From Octopus sinensis (lineage: Eukaryota), in assembly GCF_006345805.1 (NCBI RefSeq), contig NC_043003.1, forward strand, positions 62,186,001 through 62,250,000: a DNA stretch of 64,000 bases. Direction: 5' to 3'. Positions 11,942 to 26,225 of the stretch are shown piece by piece. Numbering within the stretch: the first letter of the stretch is position 1; every line of letters starts with the position of its first letter. The position numbers and the translations under genes were made by a program. Under the pieces are notes generated by a model. The model saw only the letters and a program-made list of their open reading frames with translations, did not search any database and had not been told where the DNA came from.

Positions 11942-14820
11942 AACTATGATAGTAATATATAGGAGATAGAAATATTTTAATGTTGCAGAAACATAATGAG
12001 AAATTTAACAGTATATAGGCAATGATTTAAATATATTACTGTACTATATTTTATTTAAAATAAATGTTACTAAAAGATATGAATGAACAAACACACAGAG
12101 AAACACACACAGACACATGTGCACACACAGTACTGCTTTCAATCAATAACATTTATTATATTACTTGAGTTTCATTCAATTACATATCTATTTATTGAAT
12201 TACTATTTCTTTTAACTTTAATTAAGACTACATATCAATTTCTAAACCAAATTCAGATGAAATCTACACTGTTATTTTTCATGATATAACTATGGTTAAT
12301 ATAAAGGAGTTTTAATTTACCAGCTTTCTCTTAAGTCACTAAATCTTGCTAAATTAGCCAACTTTCATACAGCAGTATGAAGGAAATGACAAATGTAGTC
12401 ATGTCTTTAAATTAAAATGGATAAAACTGATGTTCTCTGCAATTAACAAGTGGTCATTTCTTCATTTTGACAGTTAATTGTGGTGTTCATAATGAAATTA
12501 TCCACATTCATAATATTGTATATTAACTTACACACAAGGCCAAGTATTTTGCAAACACTGCACTGGGCTGGTACTTTGTCTTATCACTCATGTATGAGTG
12601 AAAGGCAGCTTAATTCACATTATTGATAATTAATTCCTGCAAATATACACAAAAAAAAGACATCTCTTTGTCATTTATTGTTGGCTAGTTTAAAATTTTC
12701 AATTTATAATTATCTTCACCCCTATTTTATAATAATGTAGCTTAATGTTGTTAGTACCTTTAGATCTACATAATATTATTACTCTTTATGAGGAATTTTT
12801 ATATCTCACTGTTTAAAATATAATGAGTTTTAGATTATTGCTGGTTTAAAACATTTTCTTGCCAAATTACCAGTCAGTTACAAATAGCTTAAATATTTTA
12901 CTTAAGCTTAGCGCCATTTTTCTTCTTTTGGAATTTACCAATAATATATATTTCTGACTCAGCATTTTATGCAAACATTTATGGAAATGCTTATGATCTT
13001 AACAATATGTGCTAATTTGTTTTAATCCATCTTTCTATAAAACAAACTTGTTTAGTGAATTCGATCTGAATGTATTAGTTTGTAATATAGATGGTTTGGA
13101 TGCAATACTCCATTTTCTTTTTTTTTCAAGACAGCAGCGAAGAAAATAGATGCCAGATTATTTATGATCAAATTTTCTAATACATATTTATGAAATCTTG
13201 TTAATGTAGCACAAATATTATTAAAATTCTCTTTGCATGTTTTTAAATTTGAAGCCAACTAAACTCCTTATTTCAGGAGTTACAATAGAAGACTTTTGAA
13301 CAAATTAAAATAAAATTCTAATAAGTCATTATTTATTTCATATTGTCATGGTGAAAATATAACAAAGCAAATTAATCAAGTAACAATATTGTTGCTCTTC
13401 CACATCTCAATTTCAAAGTTTCCCAGAATGTTATTAAAGATGAATTGAGAAATAAACAATAAAATGCTAACTCATATTTTAGGATTGTCTGTACTTTGAC
13501 AAATAGATAATAAAACATTTTGCAGTATTTTAAACACAGCTACGTGATATATTGTGTTGAATTATTTCTTACTTAAACTCAACTATAATTTCTCTTTCTA
13601 ATATATTTCTACAAAAATAATGTGGGCATTATCAGTTAGTTGACCATAAGTCAGAAGAAAAGAATACTCAATGTGGGAAAAAGAGTGGTTATACTTTTAC
13701 ACCACTGAGGAGTATGTTGATGGTTGTGGCCTAAGATTTAGACTTCATGTTGACTGTTGCACTTGACAGTATTGATAACTCTTCCAACATGCTGACCAGA
13801 AGTGCATAGCCTCTTTTATGCTGAAGGTGTATATAGAGCAAGCAAAGTTTGCAATGCTTACTTCCATTTAGATATGACCCAGGTTATTCTAGCAATTTTG
13901 TGCCAAAGGTGTCCAGTATAAAGAGGCTTATGAGGTTGCAGATGTCCATGCTGTTGAATACTCTCATCATCTCATCAAACAAGCCATCTAGTTTGGTTGG
14001 TCTGTCCCAAGGTGAACCTTTATTAAACAGTAGGATTTTCTGTCATGCATTATTACAGTTATATAAAGTATATATATTTATATAGTGCAATTTACACTCC
14101 AGATTACTTGACAAATAACCTGCATTAAAAACTCTATGTGAATTTTTGTTTGTATTGTAATTTTATTCCATGTTATTAAGTCCAGGTTTGATTGTTCCAC
14201 AGAGTATAATGAGAAGAGAAACCAGAGCATGAGAGGTTCTTTGTAAGATATTTAATTACACCAGTTCGTTTTATTCACATAAGGTGATTGTTAGTTACAT
14301 AAAGCAAAATTAAAAATTACATAATGTGCACTTGTTGCCAAATCATATGAGACATGTAATTATGAAATGCAATATCGGTAGAGAGAACATGTGATAGTAG
14401 CAGTAAACATTGAGGAGATGGCTTGCAGCTGTAGAGTATAGATAGTGGAGGTAAGCTATAAAAAAGGAACACATTTTACATAAAAAAGGGACATATTTTA
14501 CATAGGACACACAATGCTCAAGCAAATATATATGAAAGGGAGTTATCAGTATGTCTACGAAATAAAGTGGGCATTAACTTCGGTGCAGTTTCATTGTTTC
14601 TTCCTAACTATTGTTTTTCTGTGATGTACATTAAGGTTTGACTGTCATAAAATTTAGTTCAACTGTGTGTTATAGATATATCAATTCTAGCAGACATAAA
14701 TGTACACATATAATAGATTTACACCTAGACAAGTATGTCCACGCAAAGTGACATATACATACATATATGCATATGTGTATTTGTATACACACATGTATAT
14801 TCATACATACATATATATAT

Positions 14821-17800
14821 TGACACATTGAAAGGCAGGTCTGGTGAGATAGTTGAGATGCTTGAATGGAGACATGTAGATTTGTGCTGCATCCAAGATG
14901 TAAGGTGGAAAGGAAGTTCTGCTAGATTCCTCACAGGCAAAGAACATAGGTATAAGATTTTCTGGGCAGGAAATACTGACAGGGTTAGGGGCATGGCTAT
15001 ACTTCTTGAGGAGAAATAAGTTGATAGGGTAATCGAGGTAGTCAGAGTCTATAATAGAATACTTAAGGTTAGATTAGTGCTGCAACATAGATTAGCAACC
15101 ATTATCTCAATTTATGCCCCTGAGCCAGGGCTACCTGTTGAACAGAAAGACTGATTTTATGACACCCTCTTGCAGACTACCTCATCATCGAATGACAGGG
15201 ACCTTCTCTTTGTGGCTGGTGACTTCAATAGGTATATTGGACAATATCCAGGGAGCTCCCATGGTGAACATAGTGGCTATGAATTTGGTTCCTGAAATCA
15301 GGAGGGAACCAGGCTGTGGAGTTCTGTGATGCAAATGATCTTATGATCTGTAATAGTAACTTCAAGAAACCTGCTAGTTACCTGTTCACCTACCAGTCTG
15401 GTGGACACACATGTCAGATTGACTACATTCTTGCCAGGAAACAGGAAATATGGCTACTTATAAATGCCAAAACTTTCCCCGGTGAAGAATGCACTCCACA
15501 ACACAGGTTAGTAGTTACTGACTTCAGTATTAGGGCTAAATAGCTGCCCAGAAGACGACCAGCATGGAAAAGAAGAGTCTGGAAGCTTAAGGATCCTGTG
15601 AATTGACAGAGATTTAGAGGCATATTACTTGAAGCTTCTGATAAAAAAGAGGAGGATACAGCATCACATAATGTGGAAGACAATTAGAGGTTCATACGGG
15701 GTAACCTGTTGAGAGCTACTGACCAGATCTGTTGATGATGCAAAGTCCCCTCTCAGCCTAAAGTAATGTGGTGGTGGAACAATGTAGTTGACAGGGTCAT
15801 TAGGGAAAAGAAACAAGCATGGAAGGACTGGAAGAAAGGTGGTAGCAGGGAATTGTATCAGATAGCCAGAAGGGAAGCTAGGAGACAGTTTTACTTAGCT
15901 AGAGGGGAAGCAGATAAGATAAAATTTGCCAATGTTCTGCATTGCAAGGACCAAAGACTCGAAGTGTTTTGTGTTGCAAGACAGTGTGTGAGAGAGAATC
16001 ATGATGTCATAGGAGAAAAATGTGTCCCCATGATTGATGGCTCACTTGCATTTAATGAGGCTGCAAAGAGAGAGACTTGGAGACACCACTATGAAAGGTT
16101 GCTAAATGAAGAGAATAAATAGGAGGAGAGTCTGCCAAATGTCGACCCAACATAGGGACCAGCTATTTGAATTGACAATACTTTGGTAGATAAAGCAATT
16201 AAGGGTATGAAGACAATGAAAGCTCCTGGCCCATCAAGAATCACTGTAGAGATGCTTAAAATATCTGGCACTGTAGGCTATAGTCTAGCCACCCATATAG
16301 TCAACCAGGTGATACATGAAGGAGTCATACCCAATGACTGGTGTAGCAGTACCATATTCAACTGCTACAAAGGTAAAGGTGATACATTAGATACGAATAA
16401 TTAGAGAGGTATCAAATTGTTGGATCAGGTAATGAAAGTCATGGAGAGGGTCATAGCCCAACTAATTATGGAGAGAGTTAGTTTAGATGAGATGCAGTTT
16501 AGGTTTGTGCCAGGGAGAAGCAAAACTGATACTTATATTTCTGATAAAACAGCTACAGGAGAAATTCCTAGCCAAAGATAAACCTCTATACTTGGCTTTC
16601 ATTGACATAGAGAAGGCATTTGATAGGGTCCCCTGATCCCTTATCTGGTGGTCAATGTGGAAACTTGGGATAGATGAGTGATTTAGTGAGAGCTGTACAA
16701 GCCATGTACAGGGATACTGTCAGTAAGGTGAAGGTTGGCAATGAGTATAGTGAAGAATTCTGGGTAGGTGTAGGTGTAGGGAGTCCAGCAAGTATCATCA
16801 ATGAATAAGCCCCCTCTTATTCATCATAGTCCTCCAAGCAATAACAGAGGAATTCAAAACAGGATGCCTCTGGGAGCTCCTCTATGCTGATGACATTGCT
16901 CTAATAGCTGAATCACTCTCAGAACTAGTGGCGAAGTTTCGGGTGTGGAAGTAAGGTCTAAATTTAGCAAAAACCAAAGTCTTAATAAGTAGGAAGGCAG
17001 ACAAATCACAAATCCCTTCAGGTAGATAGTCCTGCTTGATCTGTAGAAAAAGTATAGAAAAAGTATAGTTAGATCTACTCAGTGTAAGTTATGGACACAT
17101 AAGAGGTGCAGCAATATCAAAGGAAGCTTAACTGGGAAGATAGTTTTAGTGTGTGACAAATGCACAATGGCAATAAACACTGAAAATGTGCAGAAAACAG
17201 CTTCCATCACATGCCAAGGGAAAAACTAGAAGTAGTTGAAAGCTTTCATTACTTAGGTAACCAAGTCAGTAGATGGGCTGGATGCTCTGAGAGTGTGGCT
17301 GCTAGAATAAGATTAGCTAGGGCAAAGTTCAGAGAGCTCCTACTTCTACTGGCAACAAAGGGCCTCTCCCTCAAAATGAAAGGTAGACTGTCTGACACAT
17401 ATGTGTGAACAGTCATGCTACATGGCAGTGAAACATGGATTGTGACTGCTGAGGACATGTGCAGGCTTGAAAGAAATGAAGCTAGAAAAGTTGGACATAA
17501 GAAGCATCAGATGTGGCATGCAAGAAAGGCAACTGCACTGGTATTGTCATGTGTTACGCATGGATGAGGACAGCTGTGTGAAGAAGTGTCACACCATAAC
17601 AGTGGAGGGAACCGGTGGAAGAAGTAGACCTAGGAAGACCTGGGATGAGGTGGTGAAGCAGGACCTTTGAATGTTGGGCCTCACTGGGGCAATGATGAGT
17701 GACTGAGACCTTTGGAGATATGCTGTGCTTGAGAAGACCCAGCAAGCCAAGTGAGATCATAACTGTGGCCTATGCAAGTGTCGCCTAACCTGCACATTTA

Positions 17801-18224
17801 ATAGTACCCTTCAATTGCGAGGCAATATGCTGTGCTTGAGAAGATCTGCTGAGTCAAGTGAAATTGTTGTCATGGCCAATGGCAGTACTGCCTGACTGGC
17901 ACCCCTGCTGGTGGCACATAAAAAGCACCATTTGAGAGTGGTCAATGTCAGTGCTGCTGGACTGGCTCCCATGCCGGTGACACATAAAATGCACCATTTG
18001 AGTATGGTTGATGTCAGTGTTGCCTGACTGGTCCCTGTGCTGGTGGCACATAAAAGGCCCTCAATACACACTTGGAGTGGTGGGTGTCAGGAAGGGCATC
18101 CAGCTGTAGAAACCTCACTAGATCAGATTGGAACCTGTGGTAGCCTCCTGGCTTGCTAGTCCTCAGTCAAACCGTCCAACCCATGCCAGCATGGAAAGTG
18201 GATGTTAAATGATGATGATGATGA
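14821..18224 (+). mobile_element. Near-full-length RTE-clade LINE: decayed ORF2 (APE endonuclease + RT with Cys-rich insert), 3' UTR and (ATG)n tail
   Basis: APE motifs: TLKGRSGEIVEML...VDLCCIQDVRWKG, IISIYAP, VAGDFN, QIDYILARK, CTPQHRLVVTDF. RT motifs: LDEMQFRFVPG, LAFIDIEKAFDRVP, ELLYADDIAL (YADD at 16883-16894), LEVVESFHYLG. ORF2 stop at 17752-17754. Many stops and frameshifts; the 5' UTR is absent. Confidence 0.95.
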
Positions 18225-18258
18225 TATATACATATGTGTGTGTGTGTAGAGAGAGAGA

Positions 18259-18301
<43 letters not shown>

Positions 18302-18385
18302 TTACCAAGAGTGATATGTAGTGGGACTGAACCCAAAACTATGTGATTGAAAAGGAATCTTCCTTACCACACAATCATGCTTGTA
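18302..18385 (-). mobile_element. tRNA-derived SINE head fragment
   Basis: Reverse complement reads GATTGTGTGGTAAG...GGGTTCAGTCCCACT, the same head (A/B-box-like motifs) as 58632-59054. Confidence 0.65.
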
Positions 18386-21139
18386 TCCATATATATATGT
18401 GTGTGTGTGTGTATGTGTTAACATATGTGTTTGCATGTACTCCAGCAGTGGCAGCCTGGTAGCTATTTGCAATATCAGTGAATGTATTATTGACTGTTTC
18501 CTATCGCAGAGGCAACAAATCTCAACTAGGCATATTTTTCCTCTTTAAATGGAATGGCAATCAGATGATACAATTTATATACAAATAACATACGTATCTT
18601 TCAAAATTGTATCTACTTGTTATATAACGTGAAACAATATTGTTGTGCACCTTTACATGAACCATAGGGCTCTACCTGAAAGGTAGGTGAGTTATAATAA
18701 ATAGTGGGGATGAATAAGTTTGTTACTGAGTTGTAAGGTACATCAAAATGTGAGAAAATATGGATATTTTTAATCAAAAATTATCAAAATTTGCAGAAAA
18801 CGTTTCCCCGTGATAGAACTGAAGGTACAATGTAAAACATTTAGTCAGCTTAAACATTACAGTTGACATTATTCTAAATGTTTGATTTTCTTTCTCTTTT
18901 GACTTGAGTAATTTTTATCTTAAAGATAAATAAAATGATGAATAAAAATATCATTTAACCTTTCGATTATTTTTGCATAAAATACAATAGAAACTTCTTT
19001 CATAGAAATATACTTTATAAGTTGTATAGAGCCATTATTTATTCACATAAAACTTGAACACAGAATAAAGAAAGCTAATTTACAATTTATATTTCTTTGG
19101 TTCATAATAGCTGTTATAGAATTATCATCATTTCAATCAGTATTCTCTTTGATGTATCAAATGAAATGCTCAGATTTTTTTTGTATAGTATTATCAAATT
19201 TTTCGATAAAATTTTCTACTATGACAAGATATGGAAATGTCATAGACGAATTTTGCAGCATATGTCTCAGACTAGGACTTCCTGATTTACATAATCCTTG
19301 ATCCTGTCTCAGTTTCATAGGAAACTGGAAAGAAGCAGCCTTTGCAAGTTGATAAGCACATCAAATGAAGAGAAACATGTAACCATGCAAAAAGGGAATG
19401 TGTGAGAGTATATACAGCATTTGTTTGACTTTCTCTCAAGACATCTAATGAAATACTTTTACTGCAGGGAGATATGTTGACACTTTAATGACATTCTCAT
19501 TAAGGTTGATTCATTGCTACCATTATAAGTTTGCTTGCATCAACTTTAAATAATCAATGTAATTGGCCTCACTAATGTAAGTACACTGTAGTTTATTAAG
19601 GAATTTCTGTGTTCTTTGATTTACTGACTTTTCCAGTTAATGAAGACCTATAGTCACCTTTCATATTTTGTTGCTCTGTAATGAAATTGCGCTCATGATA
19701 AATATACATATGTTGTAACAAACCTAAAGGAGAGAAAGAGTTTTAATTTAGATTCTGTAATTTTCTTTTATTCACCTGGAGAATGTGACTCTTTCAATCA
19801 AAGATATAAGAAGATAAGGCATACGTTTCATACAAGCCTTTATCTGATATTGTGATTAATAGCCTCCTTTAGACTAATTTCATATTTTCAATATTATAGG
19901 AAAGATTCAATTGACACTATTTAAAGCTTGCATCAGGATTGTTGTAGATCTCTTATCTTAGATGATTTTTGTAACATTTCTGATTGGATTCTAAAATTTA
20001 ATATTTGTGGTGTATGTAGCTAAAGGCTGCTAAAAAATATTTAACATTTGATTGGCTGATAGTTACACTACTTCAAAATGTGATTAAAAATTCAGCTCTT
20101 AATGTAAATTAATAGGTATTTAAAATTTTAGCTCATTTAGCTTTGGATTTATAAAATATGTACTTTATGAACTATGCACATATTTTTCACTTCATGTAAG
20201 AACTGCTTTTATCAAAAAAATTTATATGAAGCATCATAGTAAACAGAGAAAACATTTTGAATTCACATATCAATCACATTATGTAATTACAATTTTTAAG
20301 TCTGCAAAAATGAAATGGAAAAAGAATAAGCTATTAGGGAAACAGAATTTCATGCATTCTTATAATGAACTAAAATTTTCTCAATAATCCTCATTATCAT
20401 GTTTTTCAGCACCATGCTTAATGTAACAAGGTAATAAAGACTAAAATATCCATTTAACTACAAGCAGTTGTTAACATGGGGATTTGTCAGCTGTAGGGTG
20501 TAAACATTTTCTAACATTTAAAAGAAATGTATTTAATTTGGTATTGAAGGAATTAAGAGTTAAAGCAAGTAATTAAACATATTAACTCAAGATAATATTG
20601 GTTGTTATTTTCTTGTTAGGCTATTTATTAAGTTATTACTGATTAATGCAAATTTTTTTTTTAATGAAATAGTAAGGTAAAAAATTAATATAGTTAGAAA
20701 ATACAAGCAACAACAATGCATAACCTGCTCTGGCTTGAATAATGAAGAAGAGAATGAAATCATTCCTGTCTCGATTTTGTGAGCAATGTAAAATTAGCAA
20801 GCATTTAAATAATTTCAAATACAAAATTAAATGTTTTTATACATACAATACAAAAATAATGGTCAAGCTTGCAAACTTCCAATTACCACATGGTTTTGTT
20901 CAGCTTTCACTTTATATTTTCTGATTGAAGATATAATGACAATTGCAGTTGCTTTCAATAAATGTAGAGAATAAATGACTAGCATTAATTAATCAAATCT
21001 GTTTGAAGACTATTAGTCATTCAGGTGGAAGAACATCCAAATGTTACTTAATTTCTGAAATAAGCCTGTTAAATTCATCATAACACAAAGATATAACTGC
21101 TGAGGCATGATTACAACCAGTGGTGCTCTTTCCTTCATT

Positions 21140-21238
21140 GTCATCATCGTCGTCATTTAACATCCGTTTTCCATACTGGCATGGGTTGGACGGTTTGACT
21201 GAGGGTTGAAAAGCCAGAAGGTTGCACCAGGTTCTTCT
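21140..21238 (-). mobile_element. RTE 3'-terminal fragment
   Basis: Reverse complement reads GTCAAACCGTCCAACCCATGCCAGTATGGAAAACGGATGTTAAATGACGACGATGA. Confidence 0.8.
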
Positions 21239-21715
21239 TTTACTGATTTCAGTCATTAGACTGCAACCATACTATGGACTCATCTTCAAAGAATTTAAAG
21301 TCTGGTACTAGTTTCATGAACCTCTAATGAATGTTTTTAAGTTCACCTCTGGAGTGAAGTCTCTTTTAAAATTATCACTCTTTAGTAATGTAATTAGCTT
21401 AAACTCCAAATAACGCCAGCACACAAATACACACACACACACACACACACACATACATACAATAAACTTAAGCACACATTTTGCATACTAAATTACATTT
21501 GCCAGGCATTGGGTAAACTGAAACTTTGAGTGAAAATACTTGTACTCTCATTCATATTGGTTTAAGAAACTATTATATTGAGGACATTTATATAATTGTA
21601 CGTTTAAATATAATATAATTTATATAATTCTGCTTCATTAATTTTCTTTGGTATTAAAAAAAATTATTATATAAAGCAGATTTTATATTTCTTTGACCAC
21701 TTCTCTGACTCCTTA

Positions 21716-21947
21716 CAGTAATCTCTCACCATATCATGGTTCACCTATCACAGTTCACCTATTGCAGTTTATTATTCAAGGTTATGTCAATTCCTCCATG
21801 GTGTTATTTTGCATTTATAATAAAATAAATATATACAAGTTATAAAAATAATAAAAAAATATACAGTATAGTACTGTTTCTACTTTGCAGATTTTCACCT
21901 ATCGCAGGTTTTGGAACGTAACACCTGCAATAGTTGAGGGATTACTG
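21716..21947. mobile_element. Tigger/pogo-type MITE, 232 bp, TA TSD
   Basis: TA|CAGTAATCTCTCACC... and ...TTGAGGGATTACTG|TA. CAGTA termini are typical of pogo/Tigger TIRs. Confidence 0.8.
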
Positions 21948-23461
21948 TATATAATTATTATATGAGTCTGCATCTTTAAATCTCCCATCCATTTTCATCA
22001 TCACACCTAAAAATAAAATTACAGAATTTTAAGAAGTTTTTTATGAAATACTATAAAACTGTTCTGTTTTATTTAGTATTTCTATATTTTAAATAGTCAT
22101 AATTGTTTTTTGATTCGTTATATTTTATTTGTCTATTTAGCATATTAGATTTTTATTATTTCTTTCACATATGTCTTAAGTATCACATTTAGAGAAATAA
22201 TTTGAATTCAAAAGAACCCGTTGCACCTTATTGTTAATGATAAAAAGGGTTTGTAAATACCTTTTAGTGCTGAGAACTTATTTATTTACTAATTAAATAA
22301 TCTGGAATCCTATACAGAGTAGAAGATAATATTGTTTCATTAAATTTCCAGGTTAAAGTATGAAAGCAGAAATTACCATATATAGTTTTTACATTGGTTC
22401 GGCATTCAACACAACAGCCCGGAGAAAAAAAAATGAAATTACCATTATTTTATTATTTAGTTAGAGAAAGAAGGGCCCTTGCAGGTTTTTTGAGACTGGT
22501 GAGGTTGAGATAATTAATGTTCAGTTTGAACTATTGAAGATGTGTACCTAGAGGGAATTGGATGGAGAAATTTGTTCTACAGTGCTTTAGTTCTGAAAAC
22601 AATGTTAGAATTGACTTGAAAAATATGTTCTTTTGAGAAACAAAGCATCACATATTCTTGAATTGACATTTTATTAACTTAAAGAACAGAGCCCTAATCT
22701 TGCCAGGAAAAAAAAAATTACTGTATCTGCAACAAAACCTCATTATCTTAAAGTAGTGCTCAAAATACATTTTAAAACAGTTGCTGATAGAATAGCCTTT
22801 GTGAATCTTAATATTTTTTTCTTACTGCAGTGTTGCTATTTCAGATTAGCTATAATTTTTACAATATCACTTATGTTAAAAATGTAAGATTTTTGAGATA
22901 AAAAAAAATACTGAAATATATCTGAAAAAATTTTTCAGAAATATACATGACTACTAAATATATTTTCAGTAGCTCTACAATTTTAAATTATGTTATTTAC
23001 ATAATTGAAAAATACAGTATTGAGGATTAGACAATATTAGAGAGTTTTCAAATGACAAACAATTGATAGCATGTATCTACTCAGGCATAGTTTTGAATAC
23101 CATTTTTTTTTTCTCAATTTTGATAAAATCTTCCTGAATTTGTCTTTCTATCAATTTCTTTAATACGTCTAGGTTGTTTTGCTAAATTCTTGCTTTTTGT
23201 GTCTACTGGGTGATAGTAAAATGATTGGTAGGATTACAAAATGACTGCTTATTTTTTCGGCCCCTTGACATTGCCAATTTATTAGAATATGTATAAGAAA
23301 AAACAGCATTTGATTCTTTATGATAAAACATTACATTTATTTTATCTTGTTGTGACTTAGGAGGATCGTAATGCCAATAATAATAAACATGTGCACACAA
23401 ACACTGCTATAGCCCTGTGCTGACTATAAAAAAAAACCATGTAAGTGAATTTAATAGAAGA

Positions 23462-23742
23462 AAACTGAAGAAACCTATTGTGTATGTGTGTGTGTGTGTG
23501 TATGTGTGTGTCAGTGTGTGTACTCTTGTCTTGACCTCAGTATTATTGGAAATGAGCATCATTATCATTCAAGTGAGTATTTTCATGTGAAATTATCACT
23601 GGTCAGGAAGAAAAGATCAACTTACTTGGAAACGGGTGAGGGTTGGCAAGAGGAAGGGCATCCAGCTGTAGAGAATATGCCTTAACATATATCATCTGAC
23701 CCATGCAAGCATGGAAAGCAGATGATAAATGATGATGATGAT
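23462..23742 (+). mobile_element. SINE (body plus RTE-like tail)
   Basis: AAACTGAAGAAACC-(TG)n-CTTGTCTTGAC...CTTACTTGGAAACGGGTGAGGGTTGGCAAGAGGAAGGGCATCCAGCTGTAG...CCCATGCAAGCATGGAAA...(ATG)n. Confidence 0.8.
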
Positions 23743-23798
23743 ATTTACACGCACATGAATGCATGTACATATGCACACATACATGTAAGCACGCACGC

Positions 23799-23843
<45 letters not shown>

Positions 23844-24309
23844 ACACACACAAATACACACACACACTTTTCAATTCTGAGTGGTATATACTTCTGGCAA
23901 TTCTTGGCAGTAATCTATTTGCTGAATGCTAGATGTTCAGCAGTTGCAGTAAAATTTTCATAAATCAGTTAACTTTGACATAAATTTTCGAGAGTGAAAT
24001 AGTTTTCAAATAGCTTCTGACAGAATTTCTTGCATCTTACACATTTTCTGCATTCTTTATATAAAACATAAAATTAATTTTCCTTTCATTATCAGCTTCA
24101 GCTTGTGAAACAGATTTATATCTGCAAGGATTCTTGAATAAATCTATATTTTGAATTCTACACTAGTTGGTAATTTTTATATGCTCCATGTTTCTTGTAT
24201 TGAGCACTTTGATTAATTGTTATCACTCTGCTGATTGTAAATGTTTGAGTGTGTGTGTGTGTGTGGATAGATGTGCGTATACTTATCTCTATGTGTATGC
24301 ACACATATA

Positions 24310-26005
24310 CACAGGTGAGCTGAGAGATGAACCAAGTATAAAAACAATCAGGTATAGTGTGCAAGAATGAAAAAACATAAGATATAGGCTGATATGGTAA
24401 AAGCTAATCTCAGGATATTAAACCTTAACACAAGGGATGTCTAAAGAATACAACTGATGGTGAGACACTGAATGTACTGGAAAGTGCTTTATCAACCTAC
24501 GCTAGCATAGCTAAGTGAACGTAAAAATGCACAAAGCTAACACTATTGCTCAAGCTGCTAGACACAATTTTAAGGCATCCAAATGTTGGATTTACCGACA
24601 GAAAAGACATGGAATTTCTTTTACCTTTTTCTAAAAGGTAAGCGTTGTAGTTCACTAGTTCACATATTTCTCTTTAGAGAACACAAACTAAACATTTCAT
24701 ATTTTGCAGGTGATGTAGCTGAAGCTGAAATCGATGGAGCCCATCAATTTCATCGTATCAGCCACAGGACATCTACAATGTCAATGAAACTGGGATCAAC
24801 TTTTGTTCATTACCAGGAAATACATGATGTCAATGAGAGTTGGAAGAAAACTGAGGGACAAAGGACCGTGTGACCTTGATGGTGGCCTACAACATGAATG
24901 GAGACAAAGAAGACTTGCTCTTAATCAGGTGATGGTGGCCTGCAACATGAATGGAGACAAAGAAGACTGGCTCTTAATCAGGCTGGTTCACCAAGATGCT
25001 TCAAAAATGTCAAAACACTTCCGATTCAGAATGACTTTTCAACCAATGCTTGGATGACAGAAAATATCTATGGAAGATAGCTCGGGTCTTGGGATTGTCA
25101 TTTGGAGGAATTTGGAAGACAAGTGGTAGTCCTACTTGACAATTGCTCTTCTCATCTAGTCATTGATGATCTCAAGAATATCACTTTAAAATTTCTTCCG
25201 CCCAACACAATGTCAGTGCTGCAGCCCTGTGACATGAAGCTTACTTCAGACATGAAATGCATGAGAAGATCGTTAATGTTATGGAAGACACTGAACACGA
25301 CATTTGTTCACAAGAAGATGCAAAGTGGATCACCATTTTGGATGCCATGTACATGTTAAGCGTAGCTTGGGTGAAGGTCTCTAGCCAGACAATCAAACAT
25401 TGGATCAAAGCTGGTTTTGTTTCGGTTGAAGAATCAAATGAAGACATAGATGATAATGAAGATTTGATCCTGCCTTCACCACCAACTGGATTGACTAAAA
25501 AGCAATTCAAGAACTGGTTGTCCATAGATGATGGTGATATTGTTGTTCCAGAGATCACCGAAGCAGAAAAACTAGGTGAGATCATTCATCACATTTGGCA
25601 ATTGGAGAAGGAAATCGAAAGACATGAAGATGGCAATTCTGACATTGATGTTGATGAAAGATTTCCGGACTCTCCACCACCAGTTGAAATGAGACACTAT
25701 CCAACTCAATTAGAAAGTGGCTTTGAAAGTTTTGATTTCAGTAACATGAATCTTTTTAGAACTCTCAAGGAAAAAATCAATGCAGAATTGTGAGCAAAGT
25801 GTCCAGCAAAGCAAACAACACTCAACAATTATTTCATTCAATGGCATTGTTTATGTTTTTATTCATGTATTCACATATGTATGTATTTTAATAAATATAC
25901 ATGTTTAATCATTTGGCGAATTTTGTGCCTTCTGTTAATAAATCCATTGCTTAATAAATCCAAAATAGGTGGTCCCAAGATGAATTTATAAAGCAGGGTC
26001 TACTG
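24310..26005 (+). pseudogene. pogo/Tigger-family DNA transposon, decayed transposase with right TIR
   Basis: HTH remnants: YGKS*SQDIK and FKASKCWIYRQKRHGI (CENP-B-type). DDE_1-like motifs: TLMVACNMNGDKEDLLLI and VVLLDNCSSH...LKFLPPNTMSVLQPCD, then ITILDAMYMLSVAWVKVSSQTIKH. Acidic tail. Right end ...AAAGCAGGGTCTACTG|TA at 26005. Left TIR not found. Confidence 0.9.
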
Positions 26006-26183
26006 TATCTATATATAGTTGAAATTTACAGGAAGACAAAAGAGGAAGACTGGTGTATGAACGACAAGCAGGTGTATTAGTTTGATGTTCGAGAAAGTGA
26101 GAAAGTCTTTTATGTTTTGAGCCTATGCTCTTCAACAGAAAGTAATAAGAGAAATTAAAAAGAGAGAGAATAAAAAAAGTTGT

Positions 26184-26220
<37 letters not shown>

Positions 26221-26225
<5 letters not shown>

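Noticed and set aside
13800-14010. Protein-like fragments (KEAYEVADVHAVEYSHHLIKQAI)
   Set aside because: They are interrupted by stops and frameshifts, with no recognisable family motif or consistent splice sites.
19080-19740. Several AG/GT-bounded short open frames on both strands
   Set aside because: The candidates are mutually incompatible and none is recognisable; this is expected by chance in AT-rich DNA.
22461-22498. 38-nt candidate exon (RERRALAGFLRL) with TTATTTAG and GTGAGG
   Set aside because: Too short to distinguish from chance without transcript data.
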